From the human T2T-CHM13v2.0 reference genome, Homo sapiens, in assembly GCF_009914755.1 (NCBI RefSeq), contig NC_060938.1: a stretch of DNA of 64,000 bases; one strand, written 5' to 3'. Below are positions 1-13,061 of the stretch, piece after piece. The notes under the pieces were generated by a model. It ran no database searches, had not been told where the DNA came from, and saw only the letters and a program-made list of their open reading frames with translations. Made by a program: the position numbers and the translations under genes. Every line of letters starts with the position of its first letter. Position 1 is the stretch's first letter.

Positions 1-252
1 TCCCTCAGAAGGCCCTGGATGAGAATCCATTTTTTACTTCTTCTAGATTTTGATGTCTCCAGGCATTCCTAGTTGTTCCTTGGTTTGTGGCCACATCACT
101 TCAATTTCTGCCTCCATCTTTGCAGGACCTGTGTGTCTCATCTCCTTTCACATCTCTTTTCTAAGGACACTTAGAAATGGCACTTAGGACACGCTTGGAT
201 AATCCTAGATAATTTCCTTCTCTGAGATCTTTAGTTTGACTACATCTGTTAA
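1..252 (-). mobile_element. MaLR LTR fragment (MLT1-type), cut by window start
   Basis: Antisense MLT1-like motifs: gagaatcc...ttcttctag...ggcattcct...gtggccacatcact..caatttctgcctccatctt...taaggacac...gagatcttta...tacatctg. Confidence 0.65.
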
Positions 253-1853
253 TTTATCTGGTAATATTCACATTGACCACTCTTTTGTCTACCTAGACCC
301 TATTGTTTTTTCAAGACCATGGATAAACTCAATCAGCTCAAAAAGTTTCCCTCTGGGTATTGTAGACAACTTCAATATTTCGTTTAAAATTTGTTTGAAA
401 TTATAACATAATAGCTTACTATACTTTTTCCTTATTTCAGGAATCATACCTTCCCTGTTTCAAATAACAAGCATCAAGCATCGTGATAATGTGGACACTA
501 AGGAGCAACAATTTCTCTAAAGATAAGAATAAAGATAGACTTTTAGACTACGAGATGGGCCTGAAAAAATATCTGATCAAGCTACTCAGTTTTACAGATG
601 AGGAAGGTGAAGCCTGGGAAAACCTAAAGAACCTATATAAGGTTCTCAGATAGACACCATGTTATCTGCTTGAATGAAGAAAATTTGGTAACATGTTTGC
701 TGATCTTAATCTACTATACATTTTTTTAGCTTGTCAACTTGAACAAGTTTCTCAATTATTTCCTCATCTATTTTTTCTGATAAACTTAACCAAATCTTGT
801 AAAATGAATGTTTTGAAAACGTATATCTTAAAGGAGCATTTTCTAATTTAATATTGATGTTTTATTATTTATTGAATCAAGGAAGTTATGCATATTTTGC
901 ATAAATATGTGCTACCTTATGTATGATAATATTTTTCTCCACAGTCACATATTAATCTGTCCTGACATTTTTCTATAATAAACATCATTATCTGAGACAG
1001 AAATGACAGGAAAAATTTATCCATTTTAATGATATCTAATTAAAATTTGTGTCTAACCTTAATTGAAATATATATATATATTTCAGTTAGTAAAAAAGGA
1101 AAGTCAATTGATGATGCATTAAGTGTCAGCATTATTACATAGAGATTGGAAGACATTAGGTACAAATGTGAATCTGCAAGAGTACCATTTGTATATTGCT
1201 AATTACTTGATACTGTGTCTTTTTAAGAAAGCTGTTACTCTTTATTCACTCTAGAGCATTTCAGACAATTAATTAGGCATTCATTAATAGATGATTAAAC
1301 ATTTTGTCTCTACATTGCTTGAAAGGAGTTGTAAATTACATCTTGCCCATGTTGCTAATTTGCTGTCCAGCAAACAGACTTGCCTGTGGAAATTTTGTAA
1401 ATCAAGCTTATGATATATTGGCCATAGATTGTTTGTCTTCCAATTCCTCTTAGCTGTTGATAATGCAAATCAAGCCACATGAATGATAACCTGACAGAAG
1501 ACACTGCTTTGAAAAGCTATACTCACATTAATACAAACTGTTCAGAATTGTTATGTGGAACATTTCTCTCTATAATTGAGAAGATAAACATGGCAAATAA
1601 TATGCTGCTTCATCAAGTTTTGCATGTGAATCATTCCCAAAGTGAACTTTGAAAAGAGCTCCATAAATTCCATCAGAAAACAATGAAATATAAAACATCA
1701 CAGTCCTTTACCATAGCTAAGCCAGCAAATAAATATCAGGTATAAAAACTCATATTGATAAAAACCAAACTTTACTTAACGTTACAGAAGTCCAAATGAT
1801 TTTATCAAGATAATATGTGATTTAATATGTGAATCTATAATAAAGAATTCTGA

Positions 1854-2175
1854 GGCTGAGTGTGGTGGCTCATGTCTGTAATCCCAGCTCTTTGGGAGAC
1901 CAAGGCGGGTGGATCGCCTGACATTAGGAGTTCGAGACCAACCTGGCCAACATGGCCAGACCCCATCTCTACTAAGAATACAAAAATTAGCCAGGTTTGG
2001 TGGCTCATGCCTGTAATCCCAGTTACTCAGGAGGCTGAAGCATGAGAACTGCTGGAACCTGGAGGCTGCAGTAAGCTGAGATCGTGCCATTGCACTCCAG
2101 CCTGGGTGACAGAGCAAGACTCAGTCTCAGAAAAAATAAATAAATAAAAATAAAAAATAAAAAAATAAAATAAAA
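1854..2175 (+). mobile_element. Alu (AluS, Sx/Sz-like), full-length dimer
   Basis: GGCTGAGTGTGGTGGCTCA start, ggagttcgagacc B-box, tactaagaatacaaaaatt linker, A-rich tail. Confidence 0.95.
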
Positions 2176-5119
2176 TTATGGTCACACAAGTTTCTAGAAA
2201 ACCAACTTATTTCTGAGATAGCCCAGAGGTGACATACACTGACTAACCCACTGAGAGTATGTTTTATTCTTTGCTGAACTACTAGAACCTAGACTAGAGC
2301 CTCACATGCAAAAAGCATTCAGTAAAAATTGTGTTTACAGAAAATTACTATAGGACAATAATTATGTCTTATAAGTGGGTTTGTTTAAAGGGTTTATCAT
2401 TTATTCTAAGTCACACATTTTACTCAGAAATACTAGCTTTGTCCTGGAAAGTTCAATTAAATAGAGAAAAGGAACAAGAACATACATTCAAGCCAAAATA
2501 AGCAAAGCTTTGCCTCAAGAAGGGTTGATGGAAAAAACAGAAAACAGAAAGCACTACAGTTTAATGAGTTACAGACTGCTCAGCAGAAAAGACAACATAG
2601 ACATATAATACAGGTCTTTCTGCTAATATATTCCTTTCTTTGCTTAAAACTAAGTACAGATATTACTTTGGAACCCTTTGAATGTGGGAAATTAGTTTCC
2701 TCCTCAGCATTGTCCTCTACTACTTTTCGGAGTATAATGTGTATGACATTCTCTCAGTAAAATTTTGATACACTTGATAGTTGAAGGTTAAAGAAGAGTA
2801 GAAATCATCTTAACACCTTACTAATGGGAAATTTTTTCATAGGAATACACATAATTTCCAGAAAGTTACCTTTTTATAGAGGGCATCATGCATAATAACA
2901 CCTTTTGACTCAAAATAGAAATTATTTTTAAGCTTATACTTTTGCCATACGTTAGAGCAACTACTGATTTAGATTGTTCTGTTTTACTGTTCTAGAATCA
3001 TTCCACACTTGCCTCTTGGCATCCATAATCAGAAAAGTAAATCAAGAAATAAACTATAAACTGATCAATGTTTTATTATTTTCCTTATAGCCTTTTATTT
3101 TACCATGAAGAGTTTCTGTATGTAAGGCACTTTAGAATATGAATGATTTTCATGGCATACACATAAGGGACTATTACAAACAACTGACATGTTTTTGGTA
3201 AAGTATTTGACTGTTTATTCTTCATGTAACTGAAAATATTCAGCATTGAAAGAGTTTGCATTTCATGATGGCTACAAAGTTGAAATTTACATTCTGGTTT
3301 CTTAAAGGCAGGAACTACATTCTGCAAAGGGCAAATTTCAAAAGACAAAACTTAATCCTTATACTAGCAAAAGTTTGATTAGATAAGTTCTACATACTTA
3401 GCTGCTTATATAAATACAGGTGGCTGAGGCTGAAAATGAATGCCCCAGGAAGAAGTAAATCAATTTTACAAAAATTATCAAATGGCATAATGATGGGCAC
3501 ACAATGCCCTCCACCCACAGCTGTTCTTGCATTTCTAACATAAAAGGCAGCACAAGACAGAAGGGAAACACTGACAAATAGATTGGTTCTGCCATTTCCT
3601 TAGCATTATGTGCCCTGTCACTTTTTGAATTTCTTAGATAAGATGCAATTTCTCTTTAGTTTTTAATGCCCTTTTAGATATTTTTTGTTACAGGATTCGT
3701 TACCATGAATCCAAGGGACTTTATTTTGGCACTTTGACAGAAAGGATTGGACTGCTTAAACAAGAACTAATAAATAGCTTCCATTTCCTACATGAAAAAA
3801 GTAATACATGTTTATGCTGTTTCCTGGATTGCACATGTAACTGGCAGCAAGAAACACCCTCGGAATAGTAATCATAAAATATCCTTGTTTATTCCAAAGC
3901 ATAACTATAGAAATGTGTGACAATCTGAATTTCTTTTGTATGCCAAAATATGCTGAGAAAGTACTAATGAATGCTGTGCCATTCTAATTTTGTATTAATG
4001 AAATAATTTATTATTTTTTCAGTTTTAATTAAAATTGGCTTTGCATCAAACTGTGCTTATCACATTGATCACATGATAAAAAGGGAATTTTGTCATTTAT
4101 CAATAAAAATGATTATGTGTATTATCTAACCATTAATGACACATTTTAGAGTGTGAAGATGTTGGCACACATTTTCATTATTTTTTTGTTTCCTGAAAAA
4201 ATAATTTATTATTGCCATGTTTATGGTTCCATCCTGTGCAATTAATTATTACAGAACAAAGCAAGACTAACAAAAGTTTTGATAGTAATACAAGCAGTCA
4301 GATTGAAATTTCAGTCTTTTGGCTATTGACATAAGTTTCATATCAGTAATAAATTACTTGAGGTGTCAATATATGCTGAAATTAATATTATCTATTAATG
4401 CATTGTTTCAAATTATGACATGTATTGATATGTTAAAATATATTTACATAATCTGTTCTTAAAGTTTCAGTAATATTTTCCATTTTGTAATGCAATTGTC
4501 TATTCCCAGGCAAACTCCACTTCCATTTTCTCTCCAATTGTTTTCAGAAATGTGCAGTTTGTGATATCACATGTAAAAAAGAAAGAAAGTGAATTCCTTT
4601 GAAAAGACTACCCACACAGAAGAGGAATCGCTTAAGTTTCTCATTGGTACAATACTTGCATTTATAAACAAACTGATCAGAAAGTAGTGAAGAGAAAAAA
4701 AGGTACTTTGTTTAATCTCCTGAGAGCAGCCTCTTTCTGTTTTTGGTGGAAGAACATGCACAGCCATTGACAATTTCAATCCAGACCCAAAATTAAGGGT
4801 AACTCATCCTAGATTGTTGCAAATCTGTTGTCCTAGATTTTAGCAACATTGGCTGATTTAATCCTTTCTGAAGATGTTTAAATAGACATTTGTAAATGGC
4901 TTTTATTTAACCATAATCAGCTGAAATTAAGTGATTTTTAAAAAAATGATTCTCATTTAGAAGGGTATATGTTAAACTAGGTTTGGAAACTATCATAAGA
5001 ATTACAAATTTCCCCCAAGTGATGTTCTAATAAAAAGCAGTGTAGCAGGTATTAATTATTCGTCTGAGGGAAAAAACCCACCAGCAAACAGATCCATGAT
5101 AATAAATGTAATACTTACC

Positions 5120-5352
5120 AGAATCAATTGAGCATCTATTATGCAACCACTTTACACAGTGTTTTTAAGTGAATAATCTCACTCGCTGCTTACAGTAGTG
5201 ATGCAAGATGGACTATCCCTGTTTTGCAGGTTAAATAACAATCACAATAATAACAATGGTTGTAGAATCATGAAGTAGATTTTTAAGGACCATATAGTTA
5301 GCAAAAAATTAACCTGACATTTTCACTTAGATTCTGAAAACATACTCTTAAA
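5120..5352 (-). mobile_element. MIR relic
   Basis: ttgagcatctattatg...atccctgttttgcagg...aaggaccatatagttagc...tactcttaa resembles antisense MIR core. Confidence 0.5.
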
Positions 5353-5448
5353 AGCTCCACCTTAAAGTAGTTAACTGTTACAGGTTAAAGAGACGTCTTA
5401 GTTGGAAAATAGCTCAGAACATCTAGAAGATAAAATTGCATTGTATAT
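5314..5448. repeat. Left arm (likely donor) of perfect 135-bp inverted repeat
   Basis: Exact reverse complement of 6199-6333, compared base by base. Confidence 0.97.
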
Positions 5449-5710
5449 AGTCTACTATATTCTGTAGCTCATCCTCCTCCCAGCACTAGGTACCATTTCT
5501 CTATTACCAAAAATGATCAAATTCAATTATTTAAGCTGCTTACTTCCATATTTGTGTTCATATATCTAAGAAATATATATGACATTTCTTATATTTTCAG
5601 CTTCTGGCATTGGTTATTGACTACCTACCTTGGGAAATTAGTATTTAGTAAACTTTTACTGCCTCTGTCCATTTACCATCGTATACATGTAAGTTTTCTG
5701 TTTCCCATAA

Positions 5711-5712
<2 letters not shown>

Positions 5713-5754
<42 letters not shown>

Positions 5755-5794
5755 TGCATATTTATGTGTAATACACACACACACACACACACAC
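5713..5794. repeat. (TA)19 at 5713-5750 and (AC)11 at 5773-5794
   Basis: Read directly. Confidence 0.95.
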
Positions 5795-6169
5795 CCCTAC
5801 ACATCTTTGGGTAAATCAGTATTCATTATCTTCATTTTTATAACTAGGTAAATGTGGCTCACAGATAGTCAATACATTATTTGTGATTTCTTTTTTTAAC
5901 TTTTAATTTTCCTTTGGGTTAATACAATTATTTGGTGTCTTATTATTAGTTTTATTTTCTCTATTCTTATAACTAATTTATCTCCAAACAATGCCCTAAT
6001 TGTCTGTATATTTCTTCTCAATACATTCAAACTAATCAAGTATTGATGATGATCAATTGATCTTATCTTTCTAAGGTCATATCTTTCTAAAGTCTAAAGT
6101 CATACCTACTATGGAGAGGTTGCTCTAAAGGTTTGCTGCATAGCTGTCATTTAGAAACTTTCCATAACC

Positions 6170-6333
6170 ACAATGCAATTTTATCTTCTAGATATAAAAT
6201 ATACAATGCAATTTTATCTTCTAGATGTTCTGAGCTATTTTCCAACTAAGACGTCTCTTTAACCTGTAACAGTTAACTACTTTAAGGTGGAGCTTTTAAG
6301 AGTATGTTTTCAGAATCTAAGTGAAAATGTCAG
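6170..6333. repeat. Right arm of inverted repeat (6199-6333), preceded by a 24-bp partial copy (6170-6193)
   Basis: acaatgcaattttatcttctagat at 6170-6193 and 6203-6226; 6199-6333 is the reverse complement of 5314-5448. Confidence 0.95.
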
Positions 6334-6489
6334 AGTATTTCCTTTTCTTCTCTTGTGATTGAATTGACTGCTTTTGGATTCCAAGTCTTCCTTCTTGTTT
6401 TATTACGTCATCTTAGAGGAATATCAACTCTAGTAATTTCCTGAAAAAGGAGAGAGGTGGAGATTGAAGGCAACATCCATTTAAAATCT

Positions 6490-6818
6490 CTCTCTCTCTC
6501 TTTTTTTTTTCTTTTTTCTTTTTTTTTTTTTTTTTTTGAGACGGAGTCTTGCTCTGTAGCTCAGGTTGGAGTGCAGTGGCGTGATCTCCACTCACTCGAA
6601 CCTCTGCCTCTGGAGTCCAAGCTATTCTCCTGCCTCAGCCTCTCTAGTAGCTGGGATTACAGGTGCCTGCCACCACGCCCAGCTACTTGTTGTATTTCAG
6701 TAGAGACGGGGTTTCACCATGTTGGCCAGCCTGGTCTCTAACTCCTGACCTCAAGTGATCCACCCACCTCAGCCTCCCAAAGTGCTGGGATTACATGTGT
6801 GAGCCACCACGCCCAGCC
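6490..6818 (-). mobile_element. Alu (AluSx/Sz-like)
   Basis: CT/poly-T tail, full antisense dimer ending gcccagcc; ttaaaatct on both sides as TSD. Confidence 0.95.
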
Positions 6819-7701
6819 TGTTAAAATCTTGCATGTCTGAAAAACCTTAATTTTCTTTCATACTAACATCGTAATTAGATTAGATATAGAATTCTAAGTG
6901 AAAAAATATTTTCTTCCTAAGCCTTTTGAAGTACTGTTCCATTGACTTTTGTTGCCAGTATTGTTACCAGAACACTTTTGTTCTTTTTTCATGGACATAA
7001 TATATTCCTTACTTATGGAGAAATTTTGGAATTGTCCTCCCCTTACACAGTTTCTTATTCCTCCAAGTTGCTATAATTTGTATGTTTTAATCTCAGTATT
7101 TCTTCTTAGACAATTCCTTTAGATGTCTGGCTGTGCTTGATTGTCCACTTAGAAATAAAGGCAATACTAGACTCTGCTGGTAGTCTTTGTCCATTTGTGT
7201 ATGGCTATCTCCTCTGGCCATCAATGTAGGATGATATGGATGGGCTATTTCATTTTAGAATTCCCTATCATTATCTACAGGTCATTTTTCCTGTGTTTAT
7301 AGTTCGTAATGAAGCCACGTTCAATCTCCAGATAGAGAGGATAAACTTTGCTGCCAGTATTCTGGGAGTAAAGTTGGGAAGAGCGCTGGTGGTTTCAGAA
7401 CTCATTTAATGTATGCCTAGTTTTTACTGTGGTATTTCTCTTCAAATGGGTCTTAATTTTCTAAATACTGTGTGCCTTTTGTTTTACTCCCACCAGAAGC
7501 CAATTCTGCAGTCTTCCACTGATTGTACTAAGAGTACTAAGTGTGTAATTGCTCATAAGATCTTTCAGCCTATGATTTCTTTTTGTGTCCCGCCTAAATT
7601 CTACATCTAGAGGTACCCATTGTCAAATATTCCTGAATATTTTTATGTTTTATGTTTTCTCATATTGCTTTCCAGTTTCCTCCATTGAGTAATTAGAATT
7701 C

Positions 7702-7815
7702 CAGCTGCCAAATAAGATACAGGACTCCCAGGTAAATTTGAATGTACTTATTATAAAACAAGTATTCTTTATCTGAGATTAAATTTAACTGGCCATCTTG
7801 TACTGGCATTTGGTA
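7702..7815. mobile_element. MER53-like palindromic hAT MITE, internally deleted
   Basis: atacaggactcccaggtaaatttgaat ... attaaatttaactggccatcttgta forms the imperfect inverted arms typical of MER53. Confidence 0.6.
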
Positions 7816-8568
7816 AATATTACAATCCTTTTTAGAAATCATTTTCTGGTTCTGATCAGTAAGCTTCTACTTACCCTTTAGTTTATACATTTCAAAATTT
7901 GTGACAACCATCGTATCTCTTGGATTTTTTTGTACTTATGTATTTGTGCTTTAAAAATTCTTTTTCTGTCACTTTAGTGCAAGTTGGAAAGGAAGCTAAG
8001 GTTCTTTTGTTCTGTCCACTATGTAATTGAAAATATTTTTTAAAATGTGATCTGAAGAGAAATGAGAGTAAAAACAATTATTTTTAAGGCAATTCCCAGA
8101 ATTATTTCTTAGGTACTAAAAGAGTAGCTGAATTCTTTTGATTTGTCCATGCTTAGAAATCATTAACCACCCAAAATATATATTAATTTGCTTTTAAATT
8201 GGATATTATCACTGGGATTACATTGCCTTAAAGTCCCATAGAAATATTTTATTAACTATGAATGTGAATTTTGGAAATGAAATTTGTAATATGTGTTTTT
8301 GTTTACTACCATCACTTAACTGAATAATTTCATAAAACAAGAAAGACAAAAATATAAAGGTCCTCAGGAGTTATTAATGCATTCATCTGCTTGACATTTT
8401 TACCAGAGTGAATCATAAGTTGAGCATAGTATGCAAATTATCCTTGGATTCATTACATAAAATTCATGCCATCTTGAATCTGTAGTCCAGTTCATAAAAT
8501 GACGTAGAAGGGTTTAAAATTTTTCTGGAACTGAATGTGAGAACTGGAGGAAGTCTTGAAGCTCATTT

Positions 8569-9082
8569 TGTAACGGGAACCAGGTTTGGCTGCTGGTCAC
8601 TCAGATTCCAAACACAAAAGGTACGGGTTGTTAGGAAGAAAAGCAGGCTTTAATCAGAGCCAGCAAACCGAGAAAATGGTGAACTAGCATCCTAAAGTAC
8701 CATCTTAAATTTTAAAATTTATTGTAGAATTTTTTAAAGGAAACAGTATGGAAAGCATGCAGCTGTGGTGCAGGATGCAGGGCTGTGTGTGTTGTTCTGA
8801 TGGCTATCTTGGGTAATCGCCTGTCTGAGGATCTGATTGGCATTCTCTTGACTTCAGCCTGACGATGGCAGACAGACTGCTACTCTCCCTAACTGGGAAG
8901 ATTCCACAGGGGCTCCTTGCTTGGTGTGTTTCAAGATTAGCCTCTGGAATTTCTGAAGCAAGAGCACAATTAGGTAAGCATGGATTGCTGGAGGCTAGTG
9001 TCTAGAGAGGGAAGGAGTAAAGAGCTGAGAGGGGAGGAAAGAGAGAGAAAGTGGGTGATTTTTAAAACAGATCCCTATTACA
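8569..9082 (-). mobile_element. Solo ERV1-class LTR (MER4-group; subfamily uncertain)
   Basis: TGTAA...TTACA termini, 4-bp TSD ATTT (8565-8568, 9083-9086), antisense ATTAAA near 8650. Confidence 0.8.
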
Positions 9083-9442
9083 ATTTTTCCTGTCTTCCGA
9101 CTTTCTATATGACTCTTCTTCACAGGTTCCAACTTTTCTGCTGACTTATTAAAGCATGTACATTTTAAAATGAAGTCTTAAAAATAGTATAATGTACAAC
9201 ACACCAATTGGGTTCCATTTTATGCATACTAATAGCTATACTTAAGTAAATAACCTGATTTCATATATAAAACCATAATCTCTTGATTTTCTACACCACT
9301 AAGACTCATACAATTTGAAATTGGGTTTTAAATTAGTCATAATGCATTTATTTAAAAATGATATAGTGCACAGAATTTTTTATTCTCTATCCTGGGACTG
9401 TTTTAGTGAATTATGATGACTGAGAAAAGTTGTATATACTTT

Positions 9443-9755
<313 letters not shown>

Positions 9756-10908
9756 TTATACATTAACAGTGTTTATAAGGTTTGTGTAAGTTTTGTGAAA
9801 TTGTTGTCAGAATCATTTCTATTACCCTAAAATCATATCTTGGAGGCCATTATGAGATGTTATCTCTTTTAGGGAACATTCTGGAATATTATGTGCTAAT
9901 GCCCTTTATGTCTTAGGGTGATATTTGGTTTCAATTATGTGACTTTTTATATGGAATTCAATGTAGTGTGAGTGTGCACGCAAGCGCAGCACACCCACGC
10001 AAGGGTATCTGGGTGTAAAACAGGGAACCCTGACGTGCTTGTTTCTCATTTCTACTGTTAACATTACTGCACTCTGCCAGTTGGGTCTGTGTTACCATCT
10101 GTCACTTGAGGAATGTGTCTGTCAATTAGCACTTCTACAATGCTATCTGTTGACTCACAAAAGTTACCAGGAAAATAACTTGTAAGCTACTGTCAGGAGG
10201 AAATTGAACTAGGTATCAAGTTCTTTAGAAGTACATTTATTTCAACAGCATCTGTGTGTCAAATAGTGATGAATGCCCTTTTTAACTAGGTAAGAAAGTG
10301 AAATTTGTCTCTTCAAAGAAACTTCTATAAGGTAGGCTATATTCTTTTTGCAATGCCATTAGATTTATTAAAAGATTTTCAAATTTTTACATTTATTCTT
10401 CATATACAATTTTGAAGTACATTCAGGAAAAACCTCATTATTGTTAAAGCTCCTAGATTTCAGAAATGATTCATACCTATATGTAGAAAATCACTAATAT
10501 AAAAGTGTCTGATACTCCATTTATCCTGCTACAGCGTAATCCATAATATCTTCATAATATCTTGAGGTTAAACTATTGAAGGTGAACATAATTTCCAAAA
10601 TCGTTTCTCTTTGTGCCATGACCAAATGCTTTTCCAAGGTTTATTTTAGAAGATGATTTCCCATGAACTCTGTTGTCTATAATAATATGACATCTATTTA
10701 AATGGAAGAGTTCTAAAACTTAACACACTGGAGTACCGTTGTGGAGATATAAATGCAAATGTCTTCTCAGTTGCCATTTGTTCTGCTTGTTTTAACTGAA
10801 TACTCTGATTATACATTTTAGAGCTTAAAAATAAAGTTTATTTAGCCTAAGAGTCTCATAAGCAAGCAGTTACCTACTTTTCCTAAACTAAATAGAATGA
10901 ATGAATTT

Positions 10909-11090
10909 ATATACATTTGTACATGTACGTATGTGTGTACATATGTAAGTAAACAACATATATGGACATACACATATGTATTATGCATATGTGTGACTAT
11001 GTGTGTATATATGTATGCATATGTGTGACTATGTGTGTATGTATGTATGTATATGTGTTTATCTACACATGTGTATGTATACTTATATGC
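10909..11090. repeat. Alternating purine-pyrimidine (TA/TG/CA) low-complexity tract with an internal ~32-bp duplication
   Basis: tgcatatgtgtgactatgtgtgtat occurs twice. Confidence 0.85.
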
Positions 11091-11660
11091 ATTAATCTTC
11101 AATATAGTAGGTTAAAAATAGAAAATTCAAAAATAGATTATTTTAAAAGCACAACAACAGAGTTCATTTAGCAAGAAAATTGTATGTGTACTAGTTAATA
11201 TCCAGGGATTTTGGAATTAAACAATGGCTCCGATTCAGCACATAATAGCAATGTAGTAGCAAATTTTTTTTATGTCTCTCAGTTTTAGGTCCCTAATCTA
11301 TAAAATGAGAATGGGAATATTCTACAGGATATTTATTAATGTAATAAATAATAATGTGTCTAGGTAGAAGACAGTATGCAATAAGTACCCAGTAAGTGTT
11401 AGCAAAAATTGGTAAAATTATTTTATTCATTTTAAGAACCTCTAAAAAATAACCGTATTGTAATACAGTAAAATAATTCCATAATAATAGCATTAAGTCA
11501 TCTGAGTCATACATATGTTTAGATTTTATCCAGGATTAGATCTTAAAGATTATCCATTCTCTTCTTTCATAGACAATGAAAACGAACTCCCAAAATCCTT
11601 GATGAAGAGAATTTTAATTATTTTCAATTTACCTAAGTTACAAAAAGGAATAACAAACAC

Positions 11661-11784
11661 TTGAACATTCCTCTCATCATATTAAACACTTTTATTCTTG
11701 TCTAGTTTCAGGGTAACTTAGGTTGAACATTCCTCTCATCATATTAAACACTTTTATTCTTGTCTAGCTTCAGGGTAACTTAGG
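11661..11784. repeat. 62-bp tandem duplication, 2 copies, 1 mismatch
   Basis: 11661-11722 vs 11723-11784. Confidence 0.97.
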
Positions 11785-13061
11785 TTCTTGACATCAGGTC
11801 TTTAAATGACTATGATGATATGTATTGGCACACTTCATAGATGACTGGCTCTGCAAACCTACATGCCATTCATCACTATACACGTGCAAAAGCAAACTTT
11901 GTAACCGTAAAGGTCATACTTATGTTGGTATTCAGATGATGTTTGGGGAAGGAGGAAATTTTTCATAAGCCCCCACTTGGAGCCTGACACCACTGTCACC
12001 AACCCAAGTGTTTTTCTCACGAGAACCTACTGCAATCAATGAGGCAAGCTTCTAGCCAGTTACAATATATATTCTTAACTGAGAGTGTTTCTTTCAAATG
12101 TTGGAAAGTAAATTGAAGTTTCTTCAAGTTTCTTATTTTAGGGTATTCATTTTTATCAAACTTCCAATCCTGTACTGTGTGAGAATTCTTTATATGTCTA
12201 CTCTATATTTAGTATCAGGGAAAACATTTATGTTTTTCAGTACAGAGTTATGTTTATATTTTGGTTAAACATAAAAGTGCTGTTGCCTTCCATGTCAGCT
12301 TGAGATTTTCCCCAATATTGCAAAAGACAACACCAAATTCTGTTCCCACAATAGACAATTTACCTATTCTGAAGCAATTTACAAAACATATATAGCTTAA
12401 ATATGGACAAAATTTTTCCTGAAACAAAAGAAATGGTGAAATTGTTAGGTTCAGGTTGTATGCGTGCCATTGTTGCATGTCATGTCACCATTAGAGCAAC
12501 TGACTCTAAACCTCCTTTCTTGCCTAGATAGTTTGGGAATTGAGACAATCCACTGATAAAGCCTTGATTCTGACACACATAAGGGACCAAATGAATTCAT
12601 GTGGTCTGGAAGGGACAAAAAATATGGTCTGAAGGGTAAATTATTAGTTAAGTATTAATTTTTTATTTTAATTTCTCAGCTGGGCAAGTTCCTTAAACAT
12701 AGATCTGTTAAATTTTTGGAAATCTAGTGTTGTTTTGACAAATCCAAGATTTGAAGATTTGGAAGCAACTAGAAATAAAAATAATAGGCTTCCCTGAATT
12801 AAGTAGGTGGGACAAATAAATGATTTATATGCATATTGATCAATACAGAAGAAATTCGTATGTTGAAATGAAAGCTTCCAAATGTTCACTATGACACTTA
12901 GTAGGATAGTCTTCTACTAACTGTAAGAGACTGAAAATGTTATGTGCTTTATCACATAAACTTGTATTTCATCATAAGAACTGTATAATTTCTATTGTTT
13001 TTTTTTCCATTTTTTACCCTTTCCTTCTTGCTCTTAATCTTTCCCTTTCTCTCTTTCTCAT

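Larger units (their letters stand above)
5460..8030 (-). mobile_element. Ancient L1M (L1ME-like) 5' region, interrupted by microsatellites, the inverted insertion, an Alu and MER53
   Basis: L1ME-type motifs ggttgctctaaaggtttgctgcatagctgtcat, cttgcatgtctgaaaa and terminal ctgtcactttagtg...gtccactatgtaattgaaaat; boundaries approximate. Confidence 0.5.

Noticed and set aside
1782-2117. ORFs over Alus (also 6457..6741, 20294..20485, 22244..22513, 31422..31682, 54834..55226)
   Set aside because: Standard Alu translations; no evidence of being genes.
5314-6333. Inverted repeat as TIRs of a new DNA transposon
   Set aside because: No TSD, the left arm is continuous with a MIR, the interior is old L1M, and primate DNA transposons are long inactive.
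10842-11171. His/Thr/Tyr- and Val/Cys-rich ORFs (also 5554..5814, 36861..37052, 44776..45150, 46125..46394)
   Set aside because: Products of simple repeats with few stop codons.
11661-11784. Direct repeats as a possible CRISPR-like array (also 24328-24387, 60916-60961, 62803-62864)
   Set aside because: Two adjacent copies without unique spacers, in eukaryotic DNA; ordinary tandem duplications.
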